Part shown: positions 7,716 to 16,477 of the stretch, in pieces
Layout: every line of letters begins with the position of its first letter
Numbering within the stretch: position 1 is the first letter of the stretch
Assembly (NCBI GenBank): GCA_964541275.1
Contig: CAZIQV010000002.1
Coordinates: 1 to 24,463, forward strand
Length of the DNA: 24,463 nucleotides
Reading direction: 5' to 3'
From: an uncultured Chitinophagaceae bacterium
Lineage (GTDB): Bacteria; Planctomycetota; Planctomycetia; Pirellulales; UBA1268
The notes under the pieces: generated by a model
What the model was told of the DNA's origin: nothing
The model's input: only the letters and a program-made list of their open reading frames with translations
Database searches by the model: none
Made by a program: the position numbers and the translations under genes

Positions 7716-9037
7716 GAGACCGCCTCCCGGTCGGCGGCCGCCCGACCGCGGGCAGCGGTTCCCGGCGCGGGCACGATCACCAGCGGAAAGATTCGCCGGA
7801 AGGTCGGCCAGTTGCCGGCGGTCCCCCGGAGCAACAGTCGCCAGTTGACGCTGTTGTGCGCGGAGCGAAAGGAATGCATCGCCTGCCGGGGCAGTTCGAT
7901 GCAGAGGTCGACCTCAAACGGCCGGCCCGGCACCGGCTCGACCCGCTCCCAGCGACGGATTGATTCCGACCAGACGACCTGCTTTTCCGTGCGGACGTCG
8001 GTGCCCTGCTGATAGGTCGCTTGCTCCTCGAGTTCCAGCAGGAGTTCCAACCGCCGGAATGCGACCGAACCGCCCTGCGAAATGTGAATGTCATACCTGC
8101 CGCCGGGCCGCAGCGGGTGATCCGAGATCTCCAGGTGGGTCGGCCCGATGGCGGTCGCCAGAATCAGCCGCCGGAGAAACAGACCGATGGCGACCAGGCC
8201 GACAAGTCCGAACGGTGCCAGCAGCCCGAACAGCCACCAGTCGGTGCGGCCGCCGGCAAGATCGAGCCCGGCGGCCACTGCCAGCACCACGACCACGGCG
8301 TTCCAGAGCAACGCGAAGAGACCGGAGCCGACCAGCGACCAGCCCTCCGGGCTTTCGGTCGGCAGCCGAAATTGCTGGATGGTTCCCGGCGAGTTTGTCA
8401 GGTCGTCGCAAGAGGGCACTGCGGGATAGTCTGCCGCCCGGGTCGGCAGCGGCAGCAGCGGCTGCAGCAGGGAGCCTCGCTCGGCGGCCTGCCGTTCTTC
8501 TGAACGTCCCCAGCGGGCTGCGGCCCGGACCAGCCCGCTGCCGCCAAAGGCGACCAACGCACCGGGCAGTAACAGGGTGAGCAGCCAGAGCCACCAGCTG
8601 TAGCCGCGGCTGAGCACGACCGACTCGGGATGGTCCGGGTCGTACCAGCACCGCAGTGGCTGCCCCAGCCGCCAGCCCTTCAGGCCGGTGACCGCGCGGC
8701 TGCGGTCGGCGGTGGCGGCGGCCGGGCTGCCCGTATGCCACGCCCGGACGAGCCGATCGCCGGCCCGGTACTCCAGCAGCAAAGCCGGGCACCAGGTCGG
8801 GCGGCGGTCGGCGGCTCGGCGGGCGAGCCCCTTGCCGACGAGCCGGCCCTCGACCGCGACAAACTCGTTGTTGATCCGCCATTCCGGCACGGCGACGCCG
8901 GTGAGCATCAGCCCGCCGACGAGCAGCCCGGCACCGAGCAACCCGGCATAGAACGAGGCCTCGCCGAACGAGCCCCAGGCCGCGGACCCGGTGCGTCGGT
9001 CGCCCCGCTTCTTGCTGAAAAACGTCGGCAGCCTCAC
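7712..9037 (-). CDS. DUF3592-containing membrane protein with C-terminal beta-sandwich domain
   Basis: N-terminal TM helix, DUF3592-type segment (LEYRAGDRLV...CWYDPDHPESVVLSRG) followed by a TM helix, two more TM helices, and a soluble C-terminal beta-rich domain. GTG start. Confidence 0.8.
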   Translation of the reverse strand: MRLPTFFSKKRGDRRTGSAAWGSFGEASFYAGLLGAGLLVGGLMLTGVAVPEWRINNEFVAVEGRLVGKGLARRAADRRPTWCPALLLEYRAGDRLVRAWHTGSPAAATADRSRAVTGLKGWRLGQPLRCWYDPDHPESVVLSRGYSWWLWLLTLLLPGALVAFGGSGLVRAAARWGRSEERQAAERGSLLQPLLPLPTRAADYPAVPSCDDLTNSPGTIQQFRLPTESPEGWSLVGSGLFALLWNAVVVVLAVAAGLDLAGGRTDWWLFGLLAPFGLVGLVAIGLFLRRLILATAIGPTHLEISDHPLRPGGRYDIHISQGGSVAFRRLELLLELEEQATYQQGTDVRTEKQVVWSESIRRWERVEPVPGRPFEVDLCIELPRQAMHSFRSAHNSVNWRLLLRGTAGNWPTFRRIFPLVIVPAPGTAARGRAAADREAVS

Positions 9038-9143
9038 GCCCGCATCTCCCGGTCACCGGTGGCCGGGCCCGTCGGCCGCCGCGGCAGTGCCGCCGGGCTG
9101 CCCGCCGCGGCGGGCGGCGGGAAGCCAGGCCGGCCGGTTGAAA

Positions 9144-9449
9144 TCATCCGATCGTGTCGGAGGCGATCGGCTTGCGGGTCACGACGATCTCATCCGCAGC
9201 CGCCTGCTTGCGAAAAAACCCGATCTTCTCCAATGCCTTGTAGACCTCTTCGAGGGTCTTCTCGCCGAAGTTCGAGATGCTTAACAAATCCGACCTCGTG
9301 CAGTTGAGGAGGTCGTGCACCGTGAAGATGCCCTTCTCTTCGAGACAGTTGGTGGTGCGGACCGAAAGGCCGATCTCGGCGGTGCTCATCTCCAGTTTCT
9401 CGGCGAGCTCATCCGACTTCGTCAGGCTTTTGTAGGGAATCCTGGGCAT
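9144..9449 (-). CDS. Stand-alone RNA polymerase alpha subunit C-terminal domain (alpha-CTD) protein
   Basis: IGLSVRTTNCLEEKGIFTVHDLL...LLSISNFGEKTLEEV matches alpha-CTD (E. coli LTVRSANCL...NLGKKSLTEI). There is no alpha-NTD. GGAGG RBS 6 nt before ATG 9449; 101 aa. Confidence 0.92.
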   Translation of the reverse strand: MPRIPYKSLTKSDELAEKLEMSTAEIGLSVRTTNCLEEKGIFTVHDLLNCTRSDLLSISNFGEKTLEEVYKALEKIGFFRKQAAADEIVVTRKPIASDTIG

Positions 9450-9595
9450 GGGGTCCCTCCCGTGCAGCATGGGTATGGTGGGACGGGTCGCCCGGGCCAA
9501 CGCCGGGGGAAGCCCGTGAACCGCGGGCGGCGGCCTACCTGCCGTCGCCGGCCGCCTGCTGGGGTGTCAAGACATCCCACGAGCGGCCGGACCGG

Positions 9596-9603
9596 AATAT
9601 ACT
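9596..9603. promoter_or_regulatory. Candidate overlapping divergent -10 hexamers (TATACT on +, TATATT on -)
   Basis: AT-rich patch AATATACTCAATTCTCACAA in the GC-rich divergent spacer between the alpha-CTD gene and uvrD. No well-spaced canonical -35 found. Confidence 0.35.
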
Positions 9604-9711
9604 CAATTCTCACAAGGAGCGGCCAATCCTGTCAGCGGCAACAGGAGCCGCTCCGCCGCGGGTGCGGCAGCGGCCGCCCATCCGTTGCGTCCCCGGCCGA
9701 CAGCAAACGCC

Positions 9712-12129
9712 GTGCGGCGACTATCCCTTGAGTCTCTCAATCCGAGCCAGCGGCAGGCGGCCACGCATGTCGAAGGCCCGCTGTTGGTGCTCGCCGGCCC
9801 CGGCAGCGGCAAGACCCGGGTGGTGACCCATCGGGTGGCCCATCTGATCACCGCGGGCGTGCCGGCCCACCAGATTGCCGCCCTGACGTTCACCAACAAA
9901 GCCGCCGACGAGATGCGGCGGCGGGTGACCGATCTCGTCGGCCCCCAGCCGGTCGAGATGGGCACCTTCCATCGGTTTGCCGCCCGGCTGCTGCGGTCGC
10001 AGGCCCGGCTGGTGGGCCTGACCAGCGACTATTCAATTCTCGACACCGACGACTCGCAGGCAGTCCTCAAGCGGGCGGCGAAAAAGCTCGGGCTGTCACT
10101 GACCCACACGCCGATCGGCCGGATCGCCGGCACGATCAGCCGGGCGAAGAACGATCTGGTCACCCCCGAAACCTTTGAGCCCCGATGGGGCCGGCCGGCC
10201 GACGAGGTCGTCACTCGCCTCTGGCCGGTCTACCAAGAGATGCTCCTCGAGGCCAACTCGGTCGACTTCGACGACCTGCTCGGGCACATCGCCCGGCTGC
10301 TCCTCGACAATCCGGATCTCCGCCGCCAGCTCGACGCCCGCTATCGCTGGCTGCTGGTCGACGAATACCAGGACACCAACGCGGTGCAGTACTGTATTTT
10401 GCGGGGACTCTCGCTCGACCATCAGAACCTCGCTGTCACCGGCGATCCCGACCAGGCGATCTATGGCTGGCGAGGGGCGAGCATCCGCAACATCCTCGAA
10501 TTTGAGCGGGACTATCCCGCGGCAGCGGTCGTCACCCTTGAGCAGAACTATCGCAGCACGGCCAACATCCTCGGCACCGCCGACCGCGTGATCGCCAACA
10601 ACAGCCGCCGCAAGCCGAAGCGGCTGGTGACGGCCGCCGAGCCGGGGCCCCAGGTTCGCATCGTCCTCGACAGCACCAGCCATGAGGAGGCCGACCGCAT
10701 TGCCGACGAGATCGCCGCCGCGGTCGCGGCCGGTCGCCGGCAGCCCCGCGACTTCTGCATCCTGTTTCGCACCAACGCCCTGTCGCGGTCGCTCGAGGTG
10801 GCCCTTCGGAATCGGCAGCTGCCCTACCAACTGATCCGAGGGCTGGAGTTTTTCAAGCGGCGGGAGGTCCGCGATGTCGTCGCCTGGTTGCGGCTGCTGA
10901 AAAATCCCCGCGATGACGAGGCCCTGCTGCGGATCGTCAACGTGCCGCCCCGGGGCATCGGCAAGCAGTCGCTCGACCGGCTCGCCGCCTGGGCCGAGCA
11001 GCAGGGGCTGTCGAGGCTCGAGGCCACCCGGCAGGCGGCTGCCGTGCCGGGGCTTTCCAAGCGGGCCGTGAAGGCCTATGCGCAGTTCGGCAATCTGGTC
11101 GATTCGCTCCAGCAGGTGCAGCGGCGGACCGGCAGTGGAGTCGCCCCGCTCGTCGAGGCGATCCTCGAACGGACCGGCTATCGCGAACTCCTCGCCGCCG
11201 AACAGGAGGACGAGGGCGACGAGCGGCTGGCCAACGTCGAGGAACTCGTCACGGCCGCCCGCCAGGTCGATGAATCATTCACGGCCGTCCTGCCCGACGA
11301 TGATCCCCTCGGCCAGTTTCTCGAACAGACCGCCCTCGTCGCCGACACCGACATCTGGGACCCCTCCGGCAACCAGATCGCGCTGATGACGTTCCACGCC
11401 TGCAAGGGGCTCGAGTTTCCGGTCGTCTACATGATTGCCGTCGAGGATGGCATCCTGCCCCATGAGCGGAGCCTCGACCACGACGACCAGCTTGAAGAGG
11501 AGCGGCGGCTCGTCTTTGTCGGCATCACCCGCGGGCAGCAGGAGGTGCATGCCAGCGCCGCCCGGATTCGCGATTATCGCGGCAGCCGCCGGATTTCCCC
11601 GCCGAGCATCTTTCTGACCGAGATGCTCGGTGCGGAGACCGTGCTGACCGGGCCGGAGGCACCGGCGATCGGCAGTTCCGGCATCACGGCCGCCGATGCC
11701 GACTGGCACGTCGATGCGGAAGACCCCTTTGCCGACTGCTTCGACCCCGGCCCCGACAGCATCGCCGACGAGGCGGCAGCCCCGGCCGACCAGCCGGTTG
11801 CCCGCCTGGAACGGGCGGACGGACTGGTGCTTGAAGTCGACGCGGCCCACGACGCGGGGGCCGGCGAAAGCCCGCGGCCGCAGCCGGCCCGTTCCCGAAG
11901 CTCGCGGTCCCCCGGCTTGGCGATGAAGCGGGCGTCGGAACTCGGGGCGGCCCCTCAGGCCCCTCCCTTGGTGGCGGGCGAGCGGATTCATCACGACAGC
12001 TACGGAGCGGGCACGCTCGAGCGAATCAGCGGTCACGGGCCCCGCGCTATCGGAGTGGTCAAGTTCGACGGCGCGAGCCGAACCCGCAGCTTCGTCCTCG
12101 CCCACGGCGGGTTACAGCGGCTCCAGTAG
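9712..12129 (+). CDS. uvrD: UvrD/PcrA superfamily 1A DNA helicase with C-terminal Tudor-like domain
   Basis: Motifs LAGPGSGKT, DEYQDTN, GDPDQAIYGWRGA, LEQNYRS, FRTN, TFHACKGLEF, EERRLVFVGITR; C-terminal GERIHHDSYGAGT...VVKF. Start is GTG 9712 (alternative TTG 9685). Confidence 0.97.
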   Translation: MRRLSLESLNPSQRQAATHVEGPLLVLAGPGSGKTRVVTHRVAHLITAGVPAHQIAALTFTNKAADEMRRRVTDLVGPQPVEMGTFHRFAARLLRSQARLVGLTSDYSILDTDDSQAVLKRAAKKLGLSLTHTPIGRIAGTISRAKNDLVTPETFEPRWGRPADEVVTRLWPVYQEMLLEANSVDFDDLLGHIARLLLDNPDLRRQLDARYRWLLVDEYQDTNAVQYCILRGLSLDHQNLAVTGDPDQAIYGWRGASIRNILEFERDYPAAAVVTLEQNYRSTANILGTADRVIANNSRRKPKRLVTAAEPGPQVRIVLDSTSHEEADRIADEIAAAVAAGRRQPRDFCILFRTNALSRSLEVALRNRQLPYQLIRGLEFFKRREVRDVVAWLRLLKNPRDDEALLRIVNVPPRGIGKQSLDRLAAWAEQQGLSRLEATRQAAAVPGLSKRAVKAYAQFGNLVDSLQQVQRRTGSGVAPLVEAILERTGYRELLAAEQEDEGDERLANVEELVTAARQVDESFTAVLPDDDPLGQFLEQTALVADTDIWDPSGNQIALMTFHACKGLEFPVVYMIAVEDGILPHERSLDHDDQLEEERRLVFVGITRGQQEVHASAARIRDYRGSRRISPPSIFLTEMLGAETVLTGPEAPAIGSSGITAADADWHVDAEDPFADCFDPGPDSIADEAAAPADQPVARLERADGLVLEVDAAHDAGAGESPRPQPARSRSSRSPGLAMKRASELGAAPQAPPLVAGERIHHDSYGAGTLERISGHGPRAIGVVKFDGASRTRSFVLAHGGLQRLQ

Positions 12130-12197
12130 CGTTCTCGCAGCAAGCCCACCCTGACCGCGGAGCGGTCGCGGCTCGCCGTTGGGTTGCCGGCGGACCA

Positions 12198-13217
12198 TCA
12201 ACCCGCAACCGTTCGGAAGGCAAGGCTTTCCAGCAGCCCGTTGATCGACTGATCGAGCCACCGCCAGGCGATCAGTTCGATCGCAAAGGCGGCGACCAGA
12301 TCTGCCAGCAGCAGCCGGGGCGCCTCGAGCCACTCGTCGTCGAGATTGGGCAGGCTCGTGCCGGCAGCGGCCGTAAGCACCCGCCGCGTGCCGGTGCGAA
12401 CGACACTCACGGCAAACCAGATCACCGCCGTCGCCAGCGTCGCCTGCCAGCCGCAGAGCCCGCCGATGAGCGCCATGGCCGGCGGCGCGAGGCGGCTGCC
12501 CAGCCGCAGGTTCCGCAGGAGCGTTCCGACCAGCCAGCCGGTGAGCATGCCGACGAGCCCGACCAGACCGGCCGCCTGCCACTCCGGGAGTGGGAGCGGG
12601 GCCCCCGGTTCAGCGGCAAAAAACGTCAATCTGGCCGGCTGCAGCCAGGGAAAGGCGAGCAGCAAGGAAAGCAGACCCAACAGGGTCGCCATCCACCAAC
12701 CAGGGGGAAGCCGCTGGCGGTCGCGTTCGATCAGCGCCCAGGCCAGCAGGGTCGCCACGCCGGTGACGTGCAGTGAGCAGATCGCGACGAGACGGCCGTT
12801 CGGACGCAGCAGGAGTTGGTCGACCCCCCGCCACCAAGGCCCGGATGCCACCGCGTTGCCCGCCGGAAGGTTGCGGCCGCCGGAGAGCAGTTCGACGGCC
12901 GCGACCGAGCCGATGACCACCGCCGCCAAGGCCTCGACGAGTGGGTAGCGAAAGGGGATCGCGACCAGGCAGTCGCGGCAGCGGCCTCCGAGCAGCAGCC
13001 AGCCGACGACCGGCAGGTTGTGCCAGGGCCGGATCGGCTTTCGGCAGACCGGACACCGCGACCCACCAAAGACAACCGACCGCCCCCGAGGGACCCGGTA
13101 AGCGACGACGTTGAGAAAGCTCCCGAGATTTGCTCCGAAGATCACCAGAAAGCCGATCGCCACGAAATCGATCAGCGAGACGCCGCCCGTCTCGCCGCTG
13201 AGGAATTCCCGGAACAT
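12198..13217 (-). CDS. Prepilin peptidase (A24/PilD) homologue; N-terminal Zn-binding domain intact, catalytic Asp motifs degenerate
   Basis: GSFLNVVAYRVP...SRCPVC...NLPVVGWLLLGGRCRDC...RYPLVE is the PilD N-domain, followed by multiple TM helices. IERDRQRLP stands where IDxDxxxLP is expected, and no GxGD motif is present. Confidence 0.88.
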   Translation of the reverse strand: MFREFLSGETGGVSLIDFVAIGFLVIFGANLGSFLNVVAYRVPRGRSVVFGGSRCPVCRKPIRPWHNLPVVGWLLLGGRCRDCLVAIPFRYPLVEALAAVVIGSVAAVELLSGGRNLPAGNAVASGPWWRGVDQLLLRPNGRLVAICSLHVTGVATLLAWALIERDRQRLPPGWWMATLLGLLSLLLAFPWLQPARLTFFAAEPGAPLPLPEWQAAGLVGLVGMLTGWLVGTLLRNLRLGSRLAPPAMALIGGLCGWQATLATAVIWFAVSVVRTGTRRVLTAAAGTSLPNLDDEWLEAPRLLLADLVAAFAIELIAWRWLDQSINGLLESLAFRTVAG

Positions 13218-13439
13218 GGGGAGGGGTATCCAAGTCGTCGCGGTACCGGAAGAAAGACCGGGCCGGACAGGGCTCGACCCGCGGGGTCTGATAAAGTACC
13301 ACCGGCCGGCGAGAAACCGATGAGGGTTGGTTGCAGCACCCGGTGTCGGGAATCGGGCGGATTCCGCATCCGGCCAGCAACGACACGATTTCCCCCGCCC
13401 CGCGGATGGCGGCGGGAGACTGTCAAGGCCATTCCTGCT

Positions 13440-14468
13440 ATGTCCCAGCGTTTGCCCGATTGCTCCAACACCGACGTTCCTACCGGCGGTCCGCGGTCGG
13501 GGCTGCCGGCGTGGGTCGGCCTCGGTCTGCGGCTCGCGGCAACCGTCGGGCTGGTCGTCTTCGTGCTCCGCGGCATCGAATGGCAGTCGCTCCTGGCGTT
13601 ACTTGAGGCACTCGACTGGCGCTGGTTCGTCGCCGGGCTGGCCACCGCGGTCGGCATTCAGGTGGTTGCCGGGATCCGCTGGTCGGCATTGGCCCGGCCG
13701 GTCGGATTTGATCATTCGACCGCCGCCTTCGTCTGGCGGTTCTTTGAGGGAGTTTTTTTCAACCTCTGCCTGCCTTCGTCGATCGGTGGCGATGTGATCA
13801 AGGCCTACCGGCTTGCCGAGACCACCCGGGGCCGCCTGCTGGCCGGCTGCACGATTCTCGCCGACCGGCTCGCCGGAGTCTCCGCGCTCGGCGTGCTCGC
13901 GGGAGCCGCTCTCCTGGCGATTGAGTTTGATCTCTCGCCCGGTGTCACTTTTGCCGTTGGCGGCGGCCTGCTCGCGGCGGTGATCGTCTTCTTCAGGGTC
14001 GCTGTCGGCGGCCTTGACCGGTTGCTCGACCTGCTGCCGGGCGAACACCGACTGCGGCAGTTTCTCGGCCAGCTCCTTCCCTACCAGCAACGGCCTCACC
14101 TGATGACCCGAGCCGTTGGTTGGAGCCTGATCGTCCAGGTCGGCGCGTCGGTGTCGGTCGCCATGCTCGCGCGGGGCATCGGCGTTTCCTTGGGCCTGGG
14201 TATCTGGTTTTCGGTCGTCCCGCTGATCGCCCTGGCGATGGTGCTGCCGGTGAGCATCAACGGCGTTGGGGTTCGCGAGGGCGGCATGGCCCTGCTGCTC
14301 GCCCCGTGGGGCGTCGGCAAGGAGCAGGCGGTCGCGATCGGTCTGCTCTGGTTCTTCGCCACGATTGTCACCGGCCTGATCGGCGGCGTGCTCTTCCTGC
14401 TCGATCGTCGGGGCGCCGCGGCAGGCCTTGTCACCGAGGCGTCACCGCCCTCAGCCGCGAGTCGGTGA
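13440..14468 (+). CDS. Lysylphosphatidylglycerol synthase TM / flippase-like membrane protein (UPF0104/YbhN)
   Basis: RWSAL, FFNLCLPSSIGGDVIKAY, DRLAG, PVSINGVGVREG motifs; many TM helices. ATG 13440; the ORF-track extension to 12816 overlaps the divergent gene. Confidence 0.88.
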   Translation: MSQRLPDCSNTDVPTGGPRSGLPAWVGLGLRLAATVGLVVFVLRGIEWQSLLALLEALDWRWFVAGLATAVGIQVVAGIRWSALARPVGFDHSTAAFVWRFFEGVFFNLCLPSSIGGDVIKAYRLAETTRGRLLAGCTILADRLAGVSALGVLAGAALLAIEFDLSPGVTFAVGGGLLAAVIVFFRVAVGGLDRLLDLLPGEHRLRQFLGQLLPYQQRPHLMTRAVGWSLIVQVGASVSVAMLARGIGVSLGLGIWFSVVPLIALAMVLPVSINGVGVREGGMALLLAPWGVGKEQAVAIGLLWFFATIVTGLIGGVLFLLDRRGAAAGLVTEASPPSAASR

Positions 14469-14997
14469 GTTGCAGGGCCGCGACCGTCTTGGCGTCTTCG
14501 ATGCGGCCGTCGCGGCACATTGCCAGCGCCTCGGACCAGGCCACAACCCGGTTTTCGATCTGTTCGCCGGGCTCGAGCGCCTGCGGCCCCGGCTCGAGTT
14601 CCCGCGCCAGGAACAGATGCATCCGTTCCCGCAAAATGCCGGGCGACATCCAGAGGCCGCCAAGCGGCTCCAGTCGACCGGCCCGGTAGCCGGTCTCCTC
14701 GGCAAGTTCGCGGGCGGCGGCTTCCGCCAGCGATTCGACCCGGTCGAGTGTTCCGGCCGGAATTTCGACAAGGCTGCGGCCGACGGCCCGCCGGAAGACC
14801 TCGATCAGGCAGACGTGCTGCGGATCGACAAGCGGGACGATCGCCACGCTGCCGGGATGCTCGATGACCTCCCGGGGCCGCCGGCTGCCGTCCCGGCATG
14901 TTTCCTGAACACGGATCACCCGGAACCGGCTGGTGGCGAGGAGCTGCTCGGCCTCCGGTTCACTGCTGTCGGCCCGGGACGGAGTGGTCTGATTCAT
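14431..14997 (-). CDS. Nudix hydrolase (ADP-ribose pyrophosphatase-like)
   Basis: Complete Nudix box GTLDRVESLAEAAARELAEETGY, HPGSVAIVP, SPG, C-terminal GRIEDAKT. ATG 14997 overlaps the ygfZ stop (TGATG). The 3' end overlaps the convergent gene by 38 bp. Confidence 0.92.
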   Translation of the reverse strand: MNQTTPSRADSSEPEAEQLLATSRFRVIRVQETCRDGSRRPREVIEHPGSVAIVPLVDPQHVCLIEVFRRAVGRSLVEIPAGTLDRVESLAEAAARELAEETGYRAGRLEPLGGLWMSPGILRERMHLFLARELEPGPQALEPGEQIENRVVAWSEALAMCRDGRIEDAKTVAALQLTDSRLRAVTPR

Positions 14998-15992
14998 CAA
15001 CGGTCCTCCGGGGGAGCGGCTGTCGGCTGGGGCAGCGGCCTCGCCGGCCGTCCGGCAACACGCAGGGATTCAGCCGCAGTCAACGCCTTCAGGGGCACGA
15101 TCGCCAACGCGAGTCGGCCGTCACCGGATGGAGCCGGTGCCGCCGACGTGACGACGGCGACCTGGTCGGCCCCGGTGGTCACCGCCTCGCCCGGCGCGAG
15201 CGGTTCGTCACCGGCGACTGCGAGCACTGTCAGCCGGCGATTGACGTGACCGAGGGCATCGAGGCGGGCGACCGTCTCCTGACCGAGATAGCAGCCCTTC
15301 GTGAAGCAGATGGCCCGCTGATCGAGGCCAAGTTCCTGCGGCAGGGTTTTGTCGGGAATGTCGTCCGCCGTCGGCCAGCCCCGCAGCAGCCTCAGGCCGG
15401 CGACCTGTTCGTCGGCATATCGGTCGAGCCCCGAGCTGCTGAGGACCTCCTCGACCGCCTCGGCCCGCGGCGTCTCCAGCAGGAAGCCGTCGTCACCGAA
15501 CCAGTCGGCCCGCGTCAGCCTCGCCGCGATCGGTTCGCCGGGGGCCGCCGCGTCGACCAGCTGCCCGCCGACGAACCGGTATCGCGACGTCGGCAAGGGC
15601 TGGTCAAACCTCTGCTGCAGCCAGCTGGCTGCCTGCGGGCCGGCAATCAGAAAGGTGCTTGCCTCACCGCTTTGGTCAACCAGCTCGAGCCGCTCACGGA
15701 TGTGATAGCGGTCGAGATGGCGGCGAAGCGTTGCCCCGCGTCCAGACTCAAGACCGAGCAGGAGTCCGTCGGCAACCCGGCGGATCAGGCCGAGGGCGAG
15801 CACCCAGCCGCGGGCGTCGCAAAAAAAACCGTCGCAGCCGCTGCCTGACGCCAGATCGCCGACCCGCGCGGTGGTGAAGTTTTCGACGAACCCCACCGCA
15901 TCGGCACCGCGGACAAGCAGTTGATCTCGCCGGCCAAGTGGAGCCCAGGAGCCCGCCGGGGGGCCGGCTTGGGAAGCGGCAGCAGCAGTCAT
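14997..15992 (-). CDS. ygfZ: YgfZ/GcvT family folate-binding protein
   Basis: Signature FTKGCYLGQETVARL, preceded by LPQELG; VRGADAVGFVENFTT. ATG 15992 is preferred over GTG 16052, which overlaps a TATAGT -10 candidate. Confidence 0.92.
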   Translation of the reverse strand: MTAAAASQAGPPAGSWAPLGRRDQLLVRGADAVGFVENFTTARVGDLASGSGCDGFFCDARGWVLALGLIRRVADGLLLGLESGRGATLRRHLDRYHIRERLELVDQSGEASTFLIAGPQAASWLQQRFDQPLPTSRYRFVGGQLVDAAAPGEPIAARLTRADWFGDDGFLLETPRAEAVEEVLSSSGLDRYADEQVAGLRLLRGWPTADDIPDKTLPQELGLDQRAICFTKGCYLGQETVARLDALGHVNRRLTVLAVAGDEPLAPGEAVTTGADQVAVVTSAAPAPSGDGRLALAIVPLKALTAAESLRVAGRPARPLPQPTAAPPEDR

Positions 15993-16050
15993 GGAGAGGT
16001 CGTGTTGAAGTGGTGCGTTGACGGCACTCAGCAGGTACCAACTGTCGGCC

Positions 16051-16056
16051 ACTATA
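16051..16056 (-). promoter_or_regulatory. Candidate -10 element (TATAGT) for ygfZ-Nudix
   Basis: Near-consensus -10 on the minus strand about 60 bp upstream of ATG 15992; -35 poor. Confidence 0.3.
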
Positions 16057-16138
16057 GCGGCCGCCCCGGTCCTCGTTCAGTGGCGGCCGCCGCCTGAATC
16101 ACCAGGAAAAATTCTCCGACCGAACGGTCTGCGAGCGG

Positions 16139-16162
16139 ACTGCGTAGAAGGTCTACAGCAGT
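16139..16162. repeat. Imperfect inverted repeat ACTGC-GTAGA-agg-TCTAC-a-GCAGT in the ygfZ/XRE divergent spacer
   Basis: Ten complementary pairs with one bulge and a 3-nt centre, read directly from the sequence. Confidence 0.5.
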
Positions 16163-16477
16163 GAGGTCGCATCTCGGACGATTCGCTGCGGCACGAGCAG
16201 GGTGGCTGCCGGCTGGTTCAAGGCAGACTCGCGCTTTTCTCGCTGCCGCAGCAAAGGTATCGTTTCACCAGCCGGACATGCGGGCAAGGCATGGTCCGAT
16301 CTGGTGAGCACCTGCCGCGACGACTTCTTTCGCTCACGAACCCCCGTTGGAGTATTGCCGGCAGATGCTGCGCAATGCGCTCCGCGGAGGCCGGCGAGCG
16401 GGACAGTCGGCCGCGGTGCCCGCCCGGGGAACTTTCTGTCGAGATTCCGCGGGGTTGCTCGCAAGAAGGAGAGAGAC

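Noticed and set aside
9100-9115. Perfect 16-bp palindrome GCCCGCCGCGGCGGGC between the alpha-CTD and DUF3592 genes
   Set aside because: Pure G/C low complexity, single copy, no U-tract on either strand.
12153-12167. GACCGC-gga-GCGGTC hairpin between convergent uvrD and A24 genes
   Set aside because: Short stem without a poly-U or poly-A flank; cannot be called a terminator.
13268-13328. CAGGGCT, GACCC-gcg-GGGTC and GAAACC...GAGGGTT fragments similar to palindrome A/B in the A24/flippase spacer
   Set aside because: Only partial, rearranged similarity, compatible with chance in GC-rich DNA.
14431-14468. 38-bp convergent 3' overlap of flippase-like and Nudix genes
   Set aside because: Short tail-to-tail overlaps are ordinary in GC-rich genomes.
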